Source: Meyerozyma guilliermondii
Lineage: Eukaryota
NCBI GenBank assembly: GCA_051546255.1
Contig: CP128816.1
Coordinates: forward strand, 930,001 to 994,000
Length of the DNA stretch: 64,000 nucleotides
Direction: 5' to 3'
Made by a program: the position numbers and the translations under genes. Shown here in pieces: positions 1 through 10,037 of the stretch. The notes beneath the pieces are model-generated. The model ran no database searches and was not told where the DNA came from. It worked only from the letters and a program-made list of their open reading frames with translations. Each line of letters begins with the position of its first letter. Position 1 is the first letter of the stretch.

Positions 1-3000
1 AGATTGTAGCCATCAACACTCACGTTTCGAAGTAGAGGTATTCTCTGTTCGAATGGCTGAGTTACAACACTCACTAGATCATCAGAAGAAGCGTTGACCT
101 CCGAAACTAGACCATCAGAAGAAGCATTGATCTCCGACACTGAATCGTTATGTTCCGGTTCATCAACTCCATCCAGTTCATTCAGTTTCGATAACGTTAA
201 TGGATCTTCCATGAGAACAGCATCCACTGTAGACACCCCGGTGCTATCTGAGTGAGGATACGAGTCTGACTTCCTGTTTCCTATTTCAAGACTGGACTCT
301 AATGACGATTTAGACTGGCTGGATGGAGTACCTTCACTAGAATCCGCCGTGGTCAACGATGAAGATGTCGCTACTGTTTCGTTGTCCCGTCCAAGTTCGC
401 TTTCTTGTTGGTGATCATAGTCAGCGGGCCTGTGTGATGGTGTTGCAAACGAACTTGAAAGTGAGGATCTGATAGTCGATTGCCTCATTGCAAGATTCGA
501 AGAATCATGCTGAACAACATCGTCAATGCTAAGTTGACCAAAAACACTATCAACACTTGTAGAGGACACATTTTCGTAAGCAGGAGCAGGTCCAAGTGGA
601 GCATGTGCAAGTGGAGATATAGATGGTATGGAACTCAACGGTTCTTCGATAGATGCCGATCTCATGAGGGGTGAAGTGGGGGCTGAAACCGCTTCTTCAA
701 ACGACGGAAGAGTGTCTGGTGCCAGTGGATCGTATTTGGATATCGTTACGCCATTTCCCTGGTAATCTGGTTCGTTAAAAGATACTTCAGGTTGTTCATG
801 ACTTCCTGAAGCATCGTAGGTAGGAAGTTGTATGGCATCCTCGTTACACTGCGAGCTCATCAACACTAAAGGAGTATCGACCACCACTTCATAATGATGC
901 ATTTTGCTCTCCACAGTATCATCTGGCTTTGAGATTCGGAAACAAATCTGGAGACGATGGTGTACTTGAATATGACGGAAATTCGAATCTGGGTAAAGAG
1001 CTCTAGGAACAGAAGTGTATCCATGCTTCAAATTCTGCTTACTACTCTGTGAGTTCAGAAACGTCGAATAATCAGGAGTAATAAAGTCGGGATCCTCATC
1101 ACTCAAGTAGCCGTGGTCTGCGTGTGAATGGGAAATGTTGGTCTCAAGTGTGCCGATAGTGGGTGAAGCTGGCGAGTAGATGATGCCATGATCATTGGAT
1201 TGGATGTTTAAAGAAGCTCTTCTGGACGTATTGGGTGTATGTGATGGACGAGTTTGGTGATTTTTATACTCAACAGGTCTTTCAACAATATTGTTCTTAT
1301 CAGCTTTCGTGGTGAGAAAGGGAAGAGCTATATTGATATCAAGTGGAGACGCTATCATGGTGGACCTCGTGGTATCATCACCGATACTCGTGTTCAGTCT
1401 CATACCATGCACTCGAAAGTTTTCGATGTTGTCGCTATAATTTTCAACTCTAGAATCTGACAGTTCCGGCTCATAGCAGGAGAATAACAAGTTATTGTCG
1501 GGACACTTGATGAGTTCCTCTTTATAAGGCACCAACGAAGTTGTGTTGGCTTTGGACTTTGTCTTCAATTCGCAAACAGATACAATCCGTTCTCGGGTTT
1601 TGTTGTCGGTTCCCTGATGGAGCTGGAATGGATCTTCACCATCATAGTCATACTCACGAGCCATGGACTGCGATACGTAGGTAATCCGCTCGTGGATATT
1701 AAATTTTATACGTTTAACAACCACATCTTTCACCAAAGGAATAAGCTTAATATTGATAGGATGTTCGGAGCCAAGTGGCACATACTTGCGTGGGAATGTA
1801 ATAGTATAGTGAAGAGAATCGTTCCATACTCTATCCACGAAAATGGGTTTGTTAGACACGGAATTTGCCAATGAAGGAGGTGTACGAACCATAGGAATAT
1901 TGTAAGCTGCCTGCAACTTTACCTTTCTGTTTAGTTTATCACTTGTTTTGGAAAACAGCACACTAAGAGTGTGTTCAAGGCTGCCATTTATAGTTGTAAT
2001 GGAAGGGGGAATATGTTCGGGAAGCAAGATGGGCAATAAAAAGACATAAAGTCCCTCTGGATATATGGTGTCGTTATTGTGAGCAGAAGAAGCATCGTCA
2101 GTTTGCAGCTCAGACGTATCAGTATTACTGATGCTGGCCAACTTGTACTGGCGAGTTCTCTCCGCTAGCAGCTCTGGAGACGTATCGCCGCATCGAGTAT
2201 CGTTGGAATTGAATCTGTTTGCAAAAAAATCTGCCTCTCCAAGACTAGTATTCCATTCCAACATTCCAATTTTAAACTTTTCCTTGCTATGACCTTTAGT
2301 GCCGATTTCCCCAGTGGGCCATAGTATGCTAGTACAAGATTGAAATACAAACTTGAGGTCCCGTACATTTGTAGGCTTGTTGAGGTCGATGATGACCGCA
2401 AAGGTGTGGGGAATGGGTATATCGGAGTCAATTTTTGTGCAGAGAAAGTTAGGGGACTTAAACTGCAGAAGATGTGGAGGAACGTTGGATGAGTACACGG
2501 GAGGAGCTGCCTCGGAAGTTTCTCGCTCCAGAAGTGTCAGTTCTTCAGACAGTGTTTGGTCACCAGTTACCGACCCGCTGCGGCCCTCGGGAATTCCACC
2601 GTTGTCTACGTCCTCGTATGTGAAGCTCGCGGACGTCGCTGGTGGGAGATATATACAGTTGCTGGAGTTGGCAACATAAATGTTGGCCGTGGAAGATTTA
2701 CTTCCCGATGATGAGCTCTTGTAGAGGTCAATAGGAATCGGGTCCTGAAGACCCATTTCGTGGAGAAGCAAGTGCAACTTTTTCAGGGCCACAATCGACG
2801 TTTCCTGCTTAATGAGCTCCTTTGCTCTTTTCTTGGTCACTGGTCGGGAAGCCGATCGGGATCGGGATCGAGTCTGAGACATGATGGAAAGAGAATTAGC
2901 ACGGAGTCGACGTGTCGCCTGGATATCTTGGGCATCGTCCAATGTTACGTGCGATAGACTGGGAGACCGTTTGATGGTATTTGTCTCCGAAATGACTATC

Positions 3001-3104
3001 ATGGGATTCGATAGCGAGTTGCGTCTTTCGGAGAACGATAGACGATCCACGAGTGAGGAGTCTGACGCCCTTCTACTCTTCCGCTTGAGTATATCCAACC
3101 GCAT
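1..3104 (-). CDS. ECM21: Arrestin-related trafficking adaptor, ECM21/CSR2 (ART2/ART8)-like; 3' end runs off the window
   Basis: Not in the ORF track because no stop lies inside the window. Segments translated by hand from ATG 3104 (in-frame TAG at 3141-3143 upstream): MRLDILKRK...YLPPATSASFTYEDV...YVFLLPILLPEHIPPSI...MVRTPPSLANSVSNKPIFVDRVWNDSLHY...HYEVVVDTPL...LPTY; the same frame is still open at position 1. Confidence 0.8.
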   Translation of the reverse strand, partial: MRLDILKRKSRRASDSSLVDRLSFSERRNSLSNPMIVISETNTIKRSPSLSHVTLDDAQDIQATRRLRANSLSIMSQTRSRSRSASRPVTKKRAKELIKQETSIVALKKLHLLLHEMGLQDPIPIDLYKSSSSGSKSSTANIYVANSSNCIYLPPATSASFTYEDVDNGGIPEGRSGSVTGDQTLSEELTLLERETSEAAPPVYSSNVPPHLLQFKSPNFLCTKIDSDIPIPHTFAVIIDLNKPTNVRDLKFVFQSCTSILWPTGEIGTKGHSKEKFKIGMLEWNTSLGEADFFANRFNSNDTRCGDTSPELLAERTRQYKLASISNTDTSELQTDDASSAHNNDTIYPEGLYVFLLPILLPEHIPPSITTINGSLEHTLSVLFSKTSDKLNRKVKLQAAYNIPMVRTPPSLANSVSNKPIFVDRVWNDSLHYTITFPRKYVPLGSEHPINIKLIPLVKDVVVKRIKFNIHERITYVSQSMAREYDYDGEDPFQLHQGTDNKTRERIVSVCELKTKSKANTTSLVPYKEELIKCPDNNLLFSCYEPELSDSRVENYSDNIENFRVHGMRLNTSIGDDTTRSTMIASPLDINIALPFLTTKADKNNIVERPVEYKNHQTRPSHTPNTSRRASLNIQSNDHGIIYSPASPTIGTLETNISHSHADHGYLSDEDPDFITPDYSTFLNSQSSKQNLKHGYTSVPRALYPDSNFRHIQVHHRLQICFRISKPDDTVESKMHHYEVVVDTPLVLMSSQCNEDAIQLPTYDASGSHEQPEVSFNEPDYQGNGVTISKYDPLAPDTLPSFEEAVSAPTSPLMRSASIEEPLSSIPSISPLAHAPLGPAPAYENVSSTSVDSVFGQLSIDDVVQHDSSNLAMRQSTIRSSLSSSFATPSHRPADYDHQQESELGRDNETVATSSSLTTADSSEGTPSSQSKSSLESSLEIGNRKSDSYPHSDSTGVSTVDAVLMEDPLTLSKLNELDGVDEPEHNDSVSEINASSDGLVSEVNASSDDLVSVVTQPFEQRIPLLRNVSVDGYN

Positions 3105-4056
3105 GGAGAATGTGGGAGTGAGATCACCAGTTTTTGACCACTAATTTTTGTGAAACTTGAAGGTGAAGTTTAAATCGGCACCGCAGTTTCAACCAATTTG
3201 GGGTTGCTAACCGAAACAACTTGTATGTAAATATTGTGCACAAATCACGGTTCTATACTGGTGCTGACTTTAGTATAGTGTCAGTAGATGAAAATAGACT
3301 TCACAAAGCTAAGGATAAAAAAAATTATATCCTGAGTTGTAACAGTTTCGAACCAAGTTCGGATCTTATTGCCGGCCGCACGTAGGATGCAGTCATGATA
3401 AGCAAAGAGGTGCGCATGAGTGGGGCTGGTGCAGCGGGTGTCTTCGCGATTACGGTGATGGGCAGACAAAGAACAATAAGAGACTTAAACAATAAGCTTC
3501 TAAAGGGTTGCGTTCTATAGCTTTTGTGTCTATTTTAGCTCACATTTCGTCTTTTTCCGCACTTTTTTTCATTTTCTTGACGGAACCTTTCTTCTTTGAT
3601 TTCCCCTTTAGTCCATTTCCGTCCTTCGTACAAGCGCGCTGCGGCGAAAAAATATACGATCGGAGTGGCTGCGACTAGTTTCGTGGGGAAGTCACGCTAG
3701 CCAAGAATACCAAGAAAAGTTTGCAACAGGGTCATGTTTGGTGCCAAGCCTGTAGGCTCGTATTAAGGGTGATCTTCTTTTTCTGGATTATTGGAAGAAA
3801 GTATAAAGGTAGTGGGGCGGTTTCGGGGTGCGCATCACCGGGCCGAGACGAGAGACGAAGACGGCCCGAGAGTATGGCTGAAAATTATGAAGGGATAATA
3901 TTGTGGGAGAGGAAGGAGGAGAAGAGTAAGAGTAGAGTAGTAAGAGTAGCAGGTTTAGTAGAGTAGAGTGGATCAGTAATGTAGGAATAGAGAAGGATTG
4001 TTAAGTTTAGCAAGTTTGGTGGATTAGTAGCGTAGGATCGTAGGATTTTCGTTCAT

Positions 4057-5375
4057 TCATAATTCATGATTAATGGCCTTTCGTGGCTTGGCGACCTCGG
4101 TTGCTTCCATACCAAGCGGCTGCCATAGTTGTCTTCTTTTGTTGGGCACCATTCCAGCTTCACCACATATTTCTTGCAACAATGCAAAATTGGACCCATG
4201 GCCCAAAATATCAAAACATGGAGCTCCACTATGTAGTTCCATGTTAAGCACCATTTCGGCCGTAGCTTCGAGCTTGTAGATCACCATGCGGTTTTCCAAA
4301 TTGGTGGTTACCACAAACATCTGGAGAGTATCAGAGCCCACCAGAGTTGCAACCTTGCGACGCCTATCAAATGCCAGGTCATCAAAAACATATTTGCAGC
4401 TGGAAACGGGTCCGATCTTCAACCCATCGTACACGCGAAGTATCGCCAAGTTTTGATCGAGCAAAAACACTTTGGACATACTGTCATGACACACAACGTA
4501 TAGCCCATGCACCGCAAGGTCTCGAATTGGAAAATGCGACAAGTTTACCCTGTGACCCACCTCGCTAGCCCCGTCTTTGAACAACAAGACGGTGCCGTTT
4601 TGAGTACCACAAATAACAGTTTTTTCAACTGAAACCGTCGATATAATCCAATCATCTACTCCTTCAACACTCCATGTAGGCACGGCGTAGCTCCAATCTG
4701 ATCCAGTGGACGTATCGCCGCCTCCATTCCACCAGTTAGTACCTCCATGACCAATAATGTTGCAACAAATATCACTGCGTCTCACGCCATGATCTTGGTG
4801 GCCGCGATTGAGATCCACACAATACTTTTTCACCGGGTTCCCTTTGCCGGCGCAGACCACCTGCACCACTCCTGGTTCTGCATCACGCACTTCTACCGCA
4901 GACACCGGTTTTTGTACCAAAAAAATCCGGTTGCTTGTATCAGAATCGTCGTTCAACAAGTCACGAAAGATCAACTTTCCTTCTGTCGAACAGCTGTAAA
5001 GAAACCGACCGTGGGCCACCCCAAGCATCACAATCGAGTCCAGCGTGGAAACACACGCATTTTTCCATTCTTTGAACAACTTGAAACTGATTTTTGTTAC
5101 CGGATTTGCCTGATTGCGACGACCGCTTTCAAAAAGTTGCACAAATCCATTCTTTCTAGCAAGTGCCAAATAGCTACGTTTGCGAAACTCGAACCGGAGT
5201 ATCTTCTGGACAGCACTATGAGGCCCCTCGACACAAAATTCACTGTTGAATTTGGCCCGAATGGTGCCGGAGCGAATAATTTGAACCACTTTTGTTAATT
5301 GTGGGGTTCCAAATTTCGTAAAAAGTACTTACCATGTAGTCCACCACTACGCTGGTTCGAAATGATCGCCTTCAT
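4057..5375 (-). CDS. WD40-like protein resembling NSA1/WDR74; 2 exons (5375-5333, 5288-4057)
   Basis: The ORF-track frame has only a GTG start. An upstream ATG exon MKAIISNQRSGGLH joins in frame through a 44-nt intron. N-terminus and LALARKNGFVQL resemble Nsa1. Confidence 0.6.
5289..5332 (-). other. Predicted 44-nt spliceosomal intron
   Basis: GTAAGT...AATTAAC-AAAAG; removal gives an in-frame G|TG (Val) junction. Confidence 0.75.
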
Positions 5376-5610
5376 TTTAGCTTATCCTGAAGATCAATAC
5401 CGGTGCGCGATGTTGCTTTATTGATGATATTGTTTGTAGATCTCGTCCCCTTTTCGTTTTGTGGGGTTGGCTCTTGGTGCAACGGATGTGGTTTCTAATT
5501 TCCATGGTGCATGATGCGCCCGGTGATCCGCGTGCGTCGCCCAGGGTTCTGTGCATAGCGCGCCTCGGTATTTCCCCGCGTTACGTCAAAGTCAAATCAA
5601 AAACACTTTT

Positions 5611-6417
5611 ATGACGAACTTTGACGTTGCTGGAAAAATTGCCCTTGTGACTGGGGGGACCCGTGGTTTGGGCCTTCATGTTGCAGAGAGCTTTGTTCTC
5701 AACGATGCTTCCGTAGTCATTATTACTTCTCGTAAGCCAGACGCTTGTGCCAGTGCCAAACTGGAGTTGGAAAAGATTGCAAAATCCAATGGTAAAGCAT
5801 GTAAGATTATCTCAATTGCTTGCGACATCTCTAAGGATGCCGACCTCAAGAGTTTCGTTGGTAAAGTTACCGCTGAGGTTGATCGGTTGGATATTCTTAT
5901 CGCAAATGCCGGTGCCACATACGGTGAAAAATTCGATACTCATCCGATCGAAGCAGTCAGAAAAGTACTTGAGCTCAACATCACGGGTGTGTTCCACACC
6001 ATACAACTCTTTGCGCCTCTTTTGCAAAAGGCTGGAACAAGCGAGGACCCTTCTCGTGTGGTCATTGTGTCGTCCGTGGCTTCGTTGATTGCAACTGATT
6101 TTGGAGGCACTTATGGTTATCTTGCTTCCAAAGCTGGAGTGGCCCATTTGGGAAAGAACTTGGCATTGACTTTGGCTAGTAAACACATAAATGTCAACAC
6201 AATTGCACCTGGTTTTTTTGAGACGAAAATGACCAAGGGAATGATGAAGACTAAAGGTGATGAAATGGTTCGAGGAAATCCTTTGGGTCGTCTTGGCTCA
6301 AAGCAAGATATCCAGTCTGCTGTGTTGTGGTTGTGTGCGAAACAGTCCAACTATATCAACGGAATTGTGCTTCCAATCGATGGTGGATTGAACTTGGTTG
6401 GAACCGCAAACTTGTAG
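5611..6417 (+). CDS. Classical short-chain dehydrogenase/reductase (3-oxoacyl-reductase-like)
   Basis: TGGTRGLG cofactor motif, ANAG, YLASK (YxxxK), NTIAPG, DGG; first ATG at 5611. Confidence 0.9.
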   Translation: MTNFDVAGKIALVTGGTRGLGLHVAESFVLNDASVVIITSRKPDACASAKLELEKIAKSNGKACKIISIACDISKDADLKSFVGKVTAEVDRLDILIANAGATYGEKFDTHPIEAVRKVLELNITGVFHTIQLFAPLLQKAGTSEDPSRVVIVSSVASLIATDFGGTYGYLASKAGVAHLGKNLALTLASKHINVNTIAPGFFETKMTKGMMKTKGDEMVRGNPLGRLGSKQDIQSAVLWLCAKQSNYINGIVLPIDGGLNLVGTANL

Positions 6418-6423
6418 TTATTT

Positions 6424-8019
6424 TTAGCTGATTGGAATTGTTTCCTCGTGTGCATCGATTCTATCTTTCAAATGCGCTAGTTTGCTTTCAAACGACTCGG
6501 ATTCGGTTTGTACTTGCATCCTTTGATTTGCAATAAATTGTTCCAATTTATTGATGCGATTGTCTCGAGACTCAATTAACTTTTCTGTGATTATGAGATG
6601 CTTTCGTAGGTTCAGATTAATTAGTTCGATGTCACTCAACTTGTCGTTGAGTCGACGAAGAGTATTTTCGAGTTTGAACATCTTCAGCTCTTCTTCATGA
6701 GCCACCTTCAAGTTTTCCATTTTCATAGTCAATACGGTATTTTCCAACTCGGCTATCTTGTTGTCTCGTAATGCAATTTCGTCAGTTTCAGAGCTCTGGA
6801 GAGGAGGTCCCTGTCGCCATTGACCCAATTCCTGTTCGAGGCGAGAGATATATACCTGTTGAACCCTATTATCAATCTCGAGCTGCTCCAACTTTTCTTT
6901 CATTTGAGAAGGACTCAACTCCATGTTAATATGGGCAACATTCCGGATGTTTTTGGCCCTGGCGCCGAATCGTAAAGTCGATATAGTTTCGTTTTCGTTC
7001 ATGGTCGATGGAGAACAAGTGACTATCAACGTGGTTCTTGAGTTCCCTCCCAAAGCCTCTTGAAGTATTCGCGTCAACTTGGAGTCTCTATATGGAATAT
7101 GAACGGACTTGCCGTCTGTGAGGGCATAAATAACCGTTCCTAGTCTTGAAAGTGAGCTGTTGATCTTCTTGGCCTCTTCGAGCGAGTGGCCCGTGGCTCC
7201 TGTTTTATTAACCTTTTCTGAGCCTGCTAGATCTACAAGGAAGAGATTGCTCTTGATCGTGGACTTGTTTGTGGGATTTACCAGCCTCAACTTGATGTGA
7301 AAAATGGCATGGGACCTAGAAGAGTCAGCGTTCATCTGTGTCGATGACATGGTTCGAATCGCAAGACCTTCGTTTAAAAGCAATTCGAGGTCTTGAGGGC
7401 TGGTTACCGACTTTTCGGATAATCCTCGAACGTAAATTCCTTCATTCTTATCTTCTTGAATCATGAATCTGGTGTGATCTGTACCAGAATATGGGTCCAA
7501 CAAATCATGGATCTGCTCCATATAGATCTCCATGAACGAAACCAGGATGTTAAACGCTAAATCAGGCCTCTTCTTGCAACTCTCAAAGATAGTTTCTGAT
7601 ATTCGTGGAATTATTCCTCGCAGTTGAGAAATCGAGTTGTTCAATGGACCCATCATCGTATACGATTTTCCAGAACCAGTCTGGCCGTAGGCTAGGATAG
7701 TGCCGTTGTATCCCTGGACAAAATCCTCGACCGTCAGCTTCACAGACTCGTTGTATACTTCATCTTGGGACGAATCTTCTGTGAACACTCGGTCGAATTC
7801 AAAATCAAGTGCCAATCCTGGTTCCTTTGAACAAACAGAAACTACCGTTTCCAGCTCCACACTAAGCAATTTACCCCCGCGTCTGCTTTCAGCATCGTTG
7901 GCTGGTCGTATTCGACATATAACTTTAATATTGGTCTCTGAACCGAGACGAGAAAGTCGAGAACGGGTTCTTGGAGTTAAAGGAGAGCTTGGAGATGACG
8001 ATGGAGAAGACACACTCAT
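6424..8019 (-). CDS. Kinesin motor protein (kinesin-1-like) with short coiled-coil stalk
   Basis: GQTGSGKS P-loop, NADSSRSH switch I, DLAGSE switch II, HIPYRDSKLTRILQ. Confidence 0.92.
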   Translation of the reverse strand: MSVSSPSSSPSSPLTPRTRSRLSRLGSETNIKVICRIRPANDAESRRGGKLLSVELETVVSVCSKEPGLALDFEFDRVFTEDSSQDEVYNESVKLTVEDFVQGYNGTILAYGQTGSGKSYTMMGPLNNSISQLRGIIPRISETIFESCKKRPDLAFNILVSFMEIYMEQIHDLLDPYSGTDHTRFMIQEDKNEGIYVRGLSEKSVTSPQDLELLLNEGLAIRTMSSTQMNADSSRSHAIFHIKLRLVNPTNKSTIKSNLFLVDLAGSEKVNKTGATGHSLEEAKKINSSLSRLGTVIYALTDGKSVHIPYRDSKLTRILQEALGGNSRTTLIVTCSPSTMNENETISTLRFGARAKNIRNVAHINMELSPSQMKEKLEQLEIDNRVQQVYISRLEQELGQWRQGPPLQSSETDEIALRDNKIAELENTVLTMKMENLKVAHEEELKMFKLENTLRRLNDKLSDIELINLNLRKHLIITEKLIESRDNRINKLEQFIANQRMQVQTESESFESKLAHLKDRIDAHEETIPIS

Positions 8020-8225
8020 TATTTGAGCGTGTGGCGGTACTCAAGCCGTTTTGCAAGTAGTCGTCACCCGCAAAAAATGTGGAGTAAACAAGGTGGTTTA
8101 TCTACCTTTGTAGTGGATCAGACACGGGATCAGCCTGCATACGCGGTAAAAAATCATCTCGTTACATAATCGGCCGATAGCGCGCGCCATGGCTAGCGAG
8201 TCTGCACACAGCCGTATGTGTTCCC

Positions 8226-8443
8226 GAGTCAGCGCCGAGTCATATCGATGAAGCAGCGATAGCGATGAGCATCGAGACGATAAGAATGTCCAAAAACCCC
8301 AACTATTTGCACCACAATCACCCACCTTTGTTTCCCATCCTCTAAGAGGTCCATCATTGGCTTCGGAACCCCTTTATCGCCAGCCCCTATTATCCGAGCA
8401 CAACACGGGCCGATTCGTTCATGGCACGTGACAAGATTACTCA
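8226..8443. promoter_or_regulatory. Candidate Gcn4/AP-1 and Cbf1 sites upstream of SER3/33
   Basis: GAGTCA 8226-8231, GAGTCAT 8237-8243, CACGTGAC 8425-8432, TTACTCA 8437-8443; fits an amino-acid biosynthetic gene. Confidence 0.45.
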
Positions 8444-8500
8444 CAGGAGATTTTTTGCACCATAAATATCTCCAGATTTTCATCGCAAAACTTGTATATC

Positions 8501-9895
8501 ATGTCCACGCCCCAGAACATCGCCACGAGGTTTGAACGTAGTGTCAGTATCTCCGGGCTGCCCAATGCGGTTTCCACTTCTCCCACTCAATCTTACCTTT
8601 CTCAGTACGTTCCAACCCTGAAAAATGCCAAGGCTCTTAAGCCATTTTCCACCGGCGACATCAAGATCTTGTTGTTAGAAAACGTCAATCAGACTGCTAT
8701 CGATATCTTTGGTCAACAGGGATACCAGGTTGAATTCTACAAGTCGTCTTTGCCGGAAGATGAATTGATCGAAAAGATCAAGGATGTCCATGCCATCGGA
8801 ATCAGATCCAAAACCAAATTAACGGAAAAAGTGTTACAACATGCTAAGAACTTGGTAGTGATCGGGTGCTTCTGTATTGGTACCAACCAGGTGGATTTGG
8901 AGTTTGCGGCCAAATCGGGAATTGCCGTTTTCAATTCTCCATTTTCCAACTCTCGGTCGGTGGCTGAGTTGGTGATTGCCGAAATTATTACCTTGGCAAG
9001 ACAATTGGGGGACCGTAGTATTGAATTGCACACCGGTACGTGGAACAAGGTTAGTGCCAAGTGCTGGGAAGTTAGAGGAAAAACGTTGGGAATTGTAGGA
9101 TATGGCCATATTGGTGCTCAACTTTCCGTGTTAGCAGAGGCCATGGGTATGCAAGTGATCTATTATGATGTTCAGATGATCATGTCGTTGGGTAACTCGA
9201 AACAGGTGGATTCTCTTGACGAGTTGTTGCAGCGTGCTGATTTTGTGTCTTTGCATGTTCCTGCTACTCCAGAAACCAAGAATATGTTGAGTACTCCACA
9301 ATTTGCTGCCATGAAAGATGGTGCCTATGTGATCAATGCGTCTCGTGGTACTGTGGTGGACATTCCAGCGCTTATTTCCGCCATGAAAGTGGGCAAAATC
9401 GCCGGTGCTGCCATCGATGTCTACCCTCAAGAGCCCGCCAAGAATGGTGAAGATTTGTTCAACAATCTGCTAAACGAATGGGCAAGTGAGTTGTGCTCGT
9501 TGAGAAACGTGATCTTGACTCCCCACATCGGTGGTTCTACCGAGGAAGCTCAATCTGCCATTGGAGTGGAAGTGGGTACATCTTTGACGAAATACATCAA
9601 TGAGGGAAATTCCAGTGGAGCCGTCAACTTTCCCGAAGTCCATTTGCGTGCGTTGGATTTGGACCAAGAAAACTCGGTGCGTGTGTTGTACATCCATCAG
9701 AACGTTCCTGGTGTGTTGAAAACCGTCAACAATATCTTGTCGAACCATAATATCGAGAAGCAGTTCTCGGATTCTCGCGGAGACGTTGCTTATTTGATGG
9801 CGGACATTTCCGACGTGGACTTGGCTGATATCAAGTCTTTGTACGAGCAGCTCGAACAAACTCCTTATAAGATAGCTACCAGACTTTTATACTAA
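8501..9895 (+). CDS. SER33: D-3-phosphoglycerate dehydrogenase
   Basis: LKPFSTGDIKILLLENV, GIVGYGHIG, INASRG, TPHIGGSTEEAQ, C-terminal ACT domain; ATG at 8501. Confidence 0.96.
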   Translation: MSTPQNIATRFERSVSISGLPNAVSTSPTQSYLSQYVPTLKNAKALKPFSTGDIKILLLENVNQTAIDIFGQQGYQVEFYKSSLPEDELIEKIKDVHAIGIRSKTKLTEKVLQHAKNLVVIGCFCIGTNQVDLEFAAKSGIAVFNSPFSNSRSVAELVIAEIITLARQLGDRSIELHTGTWNKVSAKCWEVRGKTLGIVGYGHIGAQLSVLAEAMGMQVIYYDVQMIMSLGNSKQVDSLDELLQRADFVSLHVPATPETKNMLSTPQFAAMKDGAYVINASRGTVVDIPALISAMKVGKIAGAAIDVYPQEPAKNGEDLFNNLLNEWASELCSLRNVILTPHIGGSTEEAQSAIGVEVGTSLTKYINEGNSSGAVNFPEVHLRALDLDQENSVRVLYIHQNVPGVLKTVNNILSNHNIEKQFSDSRGDVAYLMADISDVDLADIKSLYEQLEQTPYKIATRLLY

Positions 9896-10037
9896 GAACT
9901 AAATATACTAATCGGAACGAGAAACTCTACTTAATACTGCAACCGCACTAATTGCAACCGTGCGTACTGTATAAATCTAGTTTTCGGTGTATGGATGCTC
10001 GCCATATCACTTTCAAAGTGGCGATTCCTCAACCACC

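Noticed and set aside
480..3144. Short ORFs in the first 3 kb, and a possible retrotransposon primer-binding site (TGGTCA... near 3140, minus strand)
   Set aside because: Region is explained by the arrestin CDS; no gag/pol motifs or LTR pair
3900..4050. GAGTA-rich stretch (also the CT-rich tract at 41495-41560)
   Set aside because: Low-complexity 3'-UTR sequence without a regular unit
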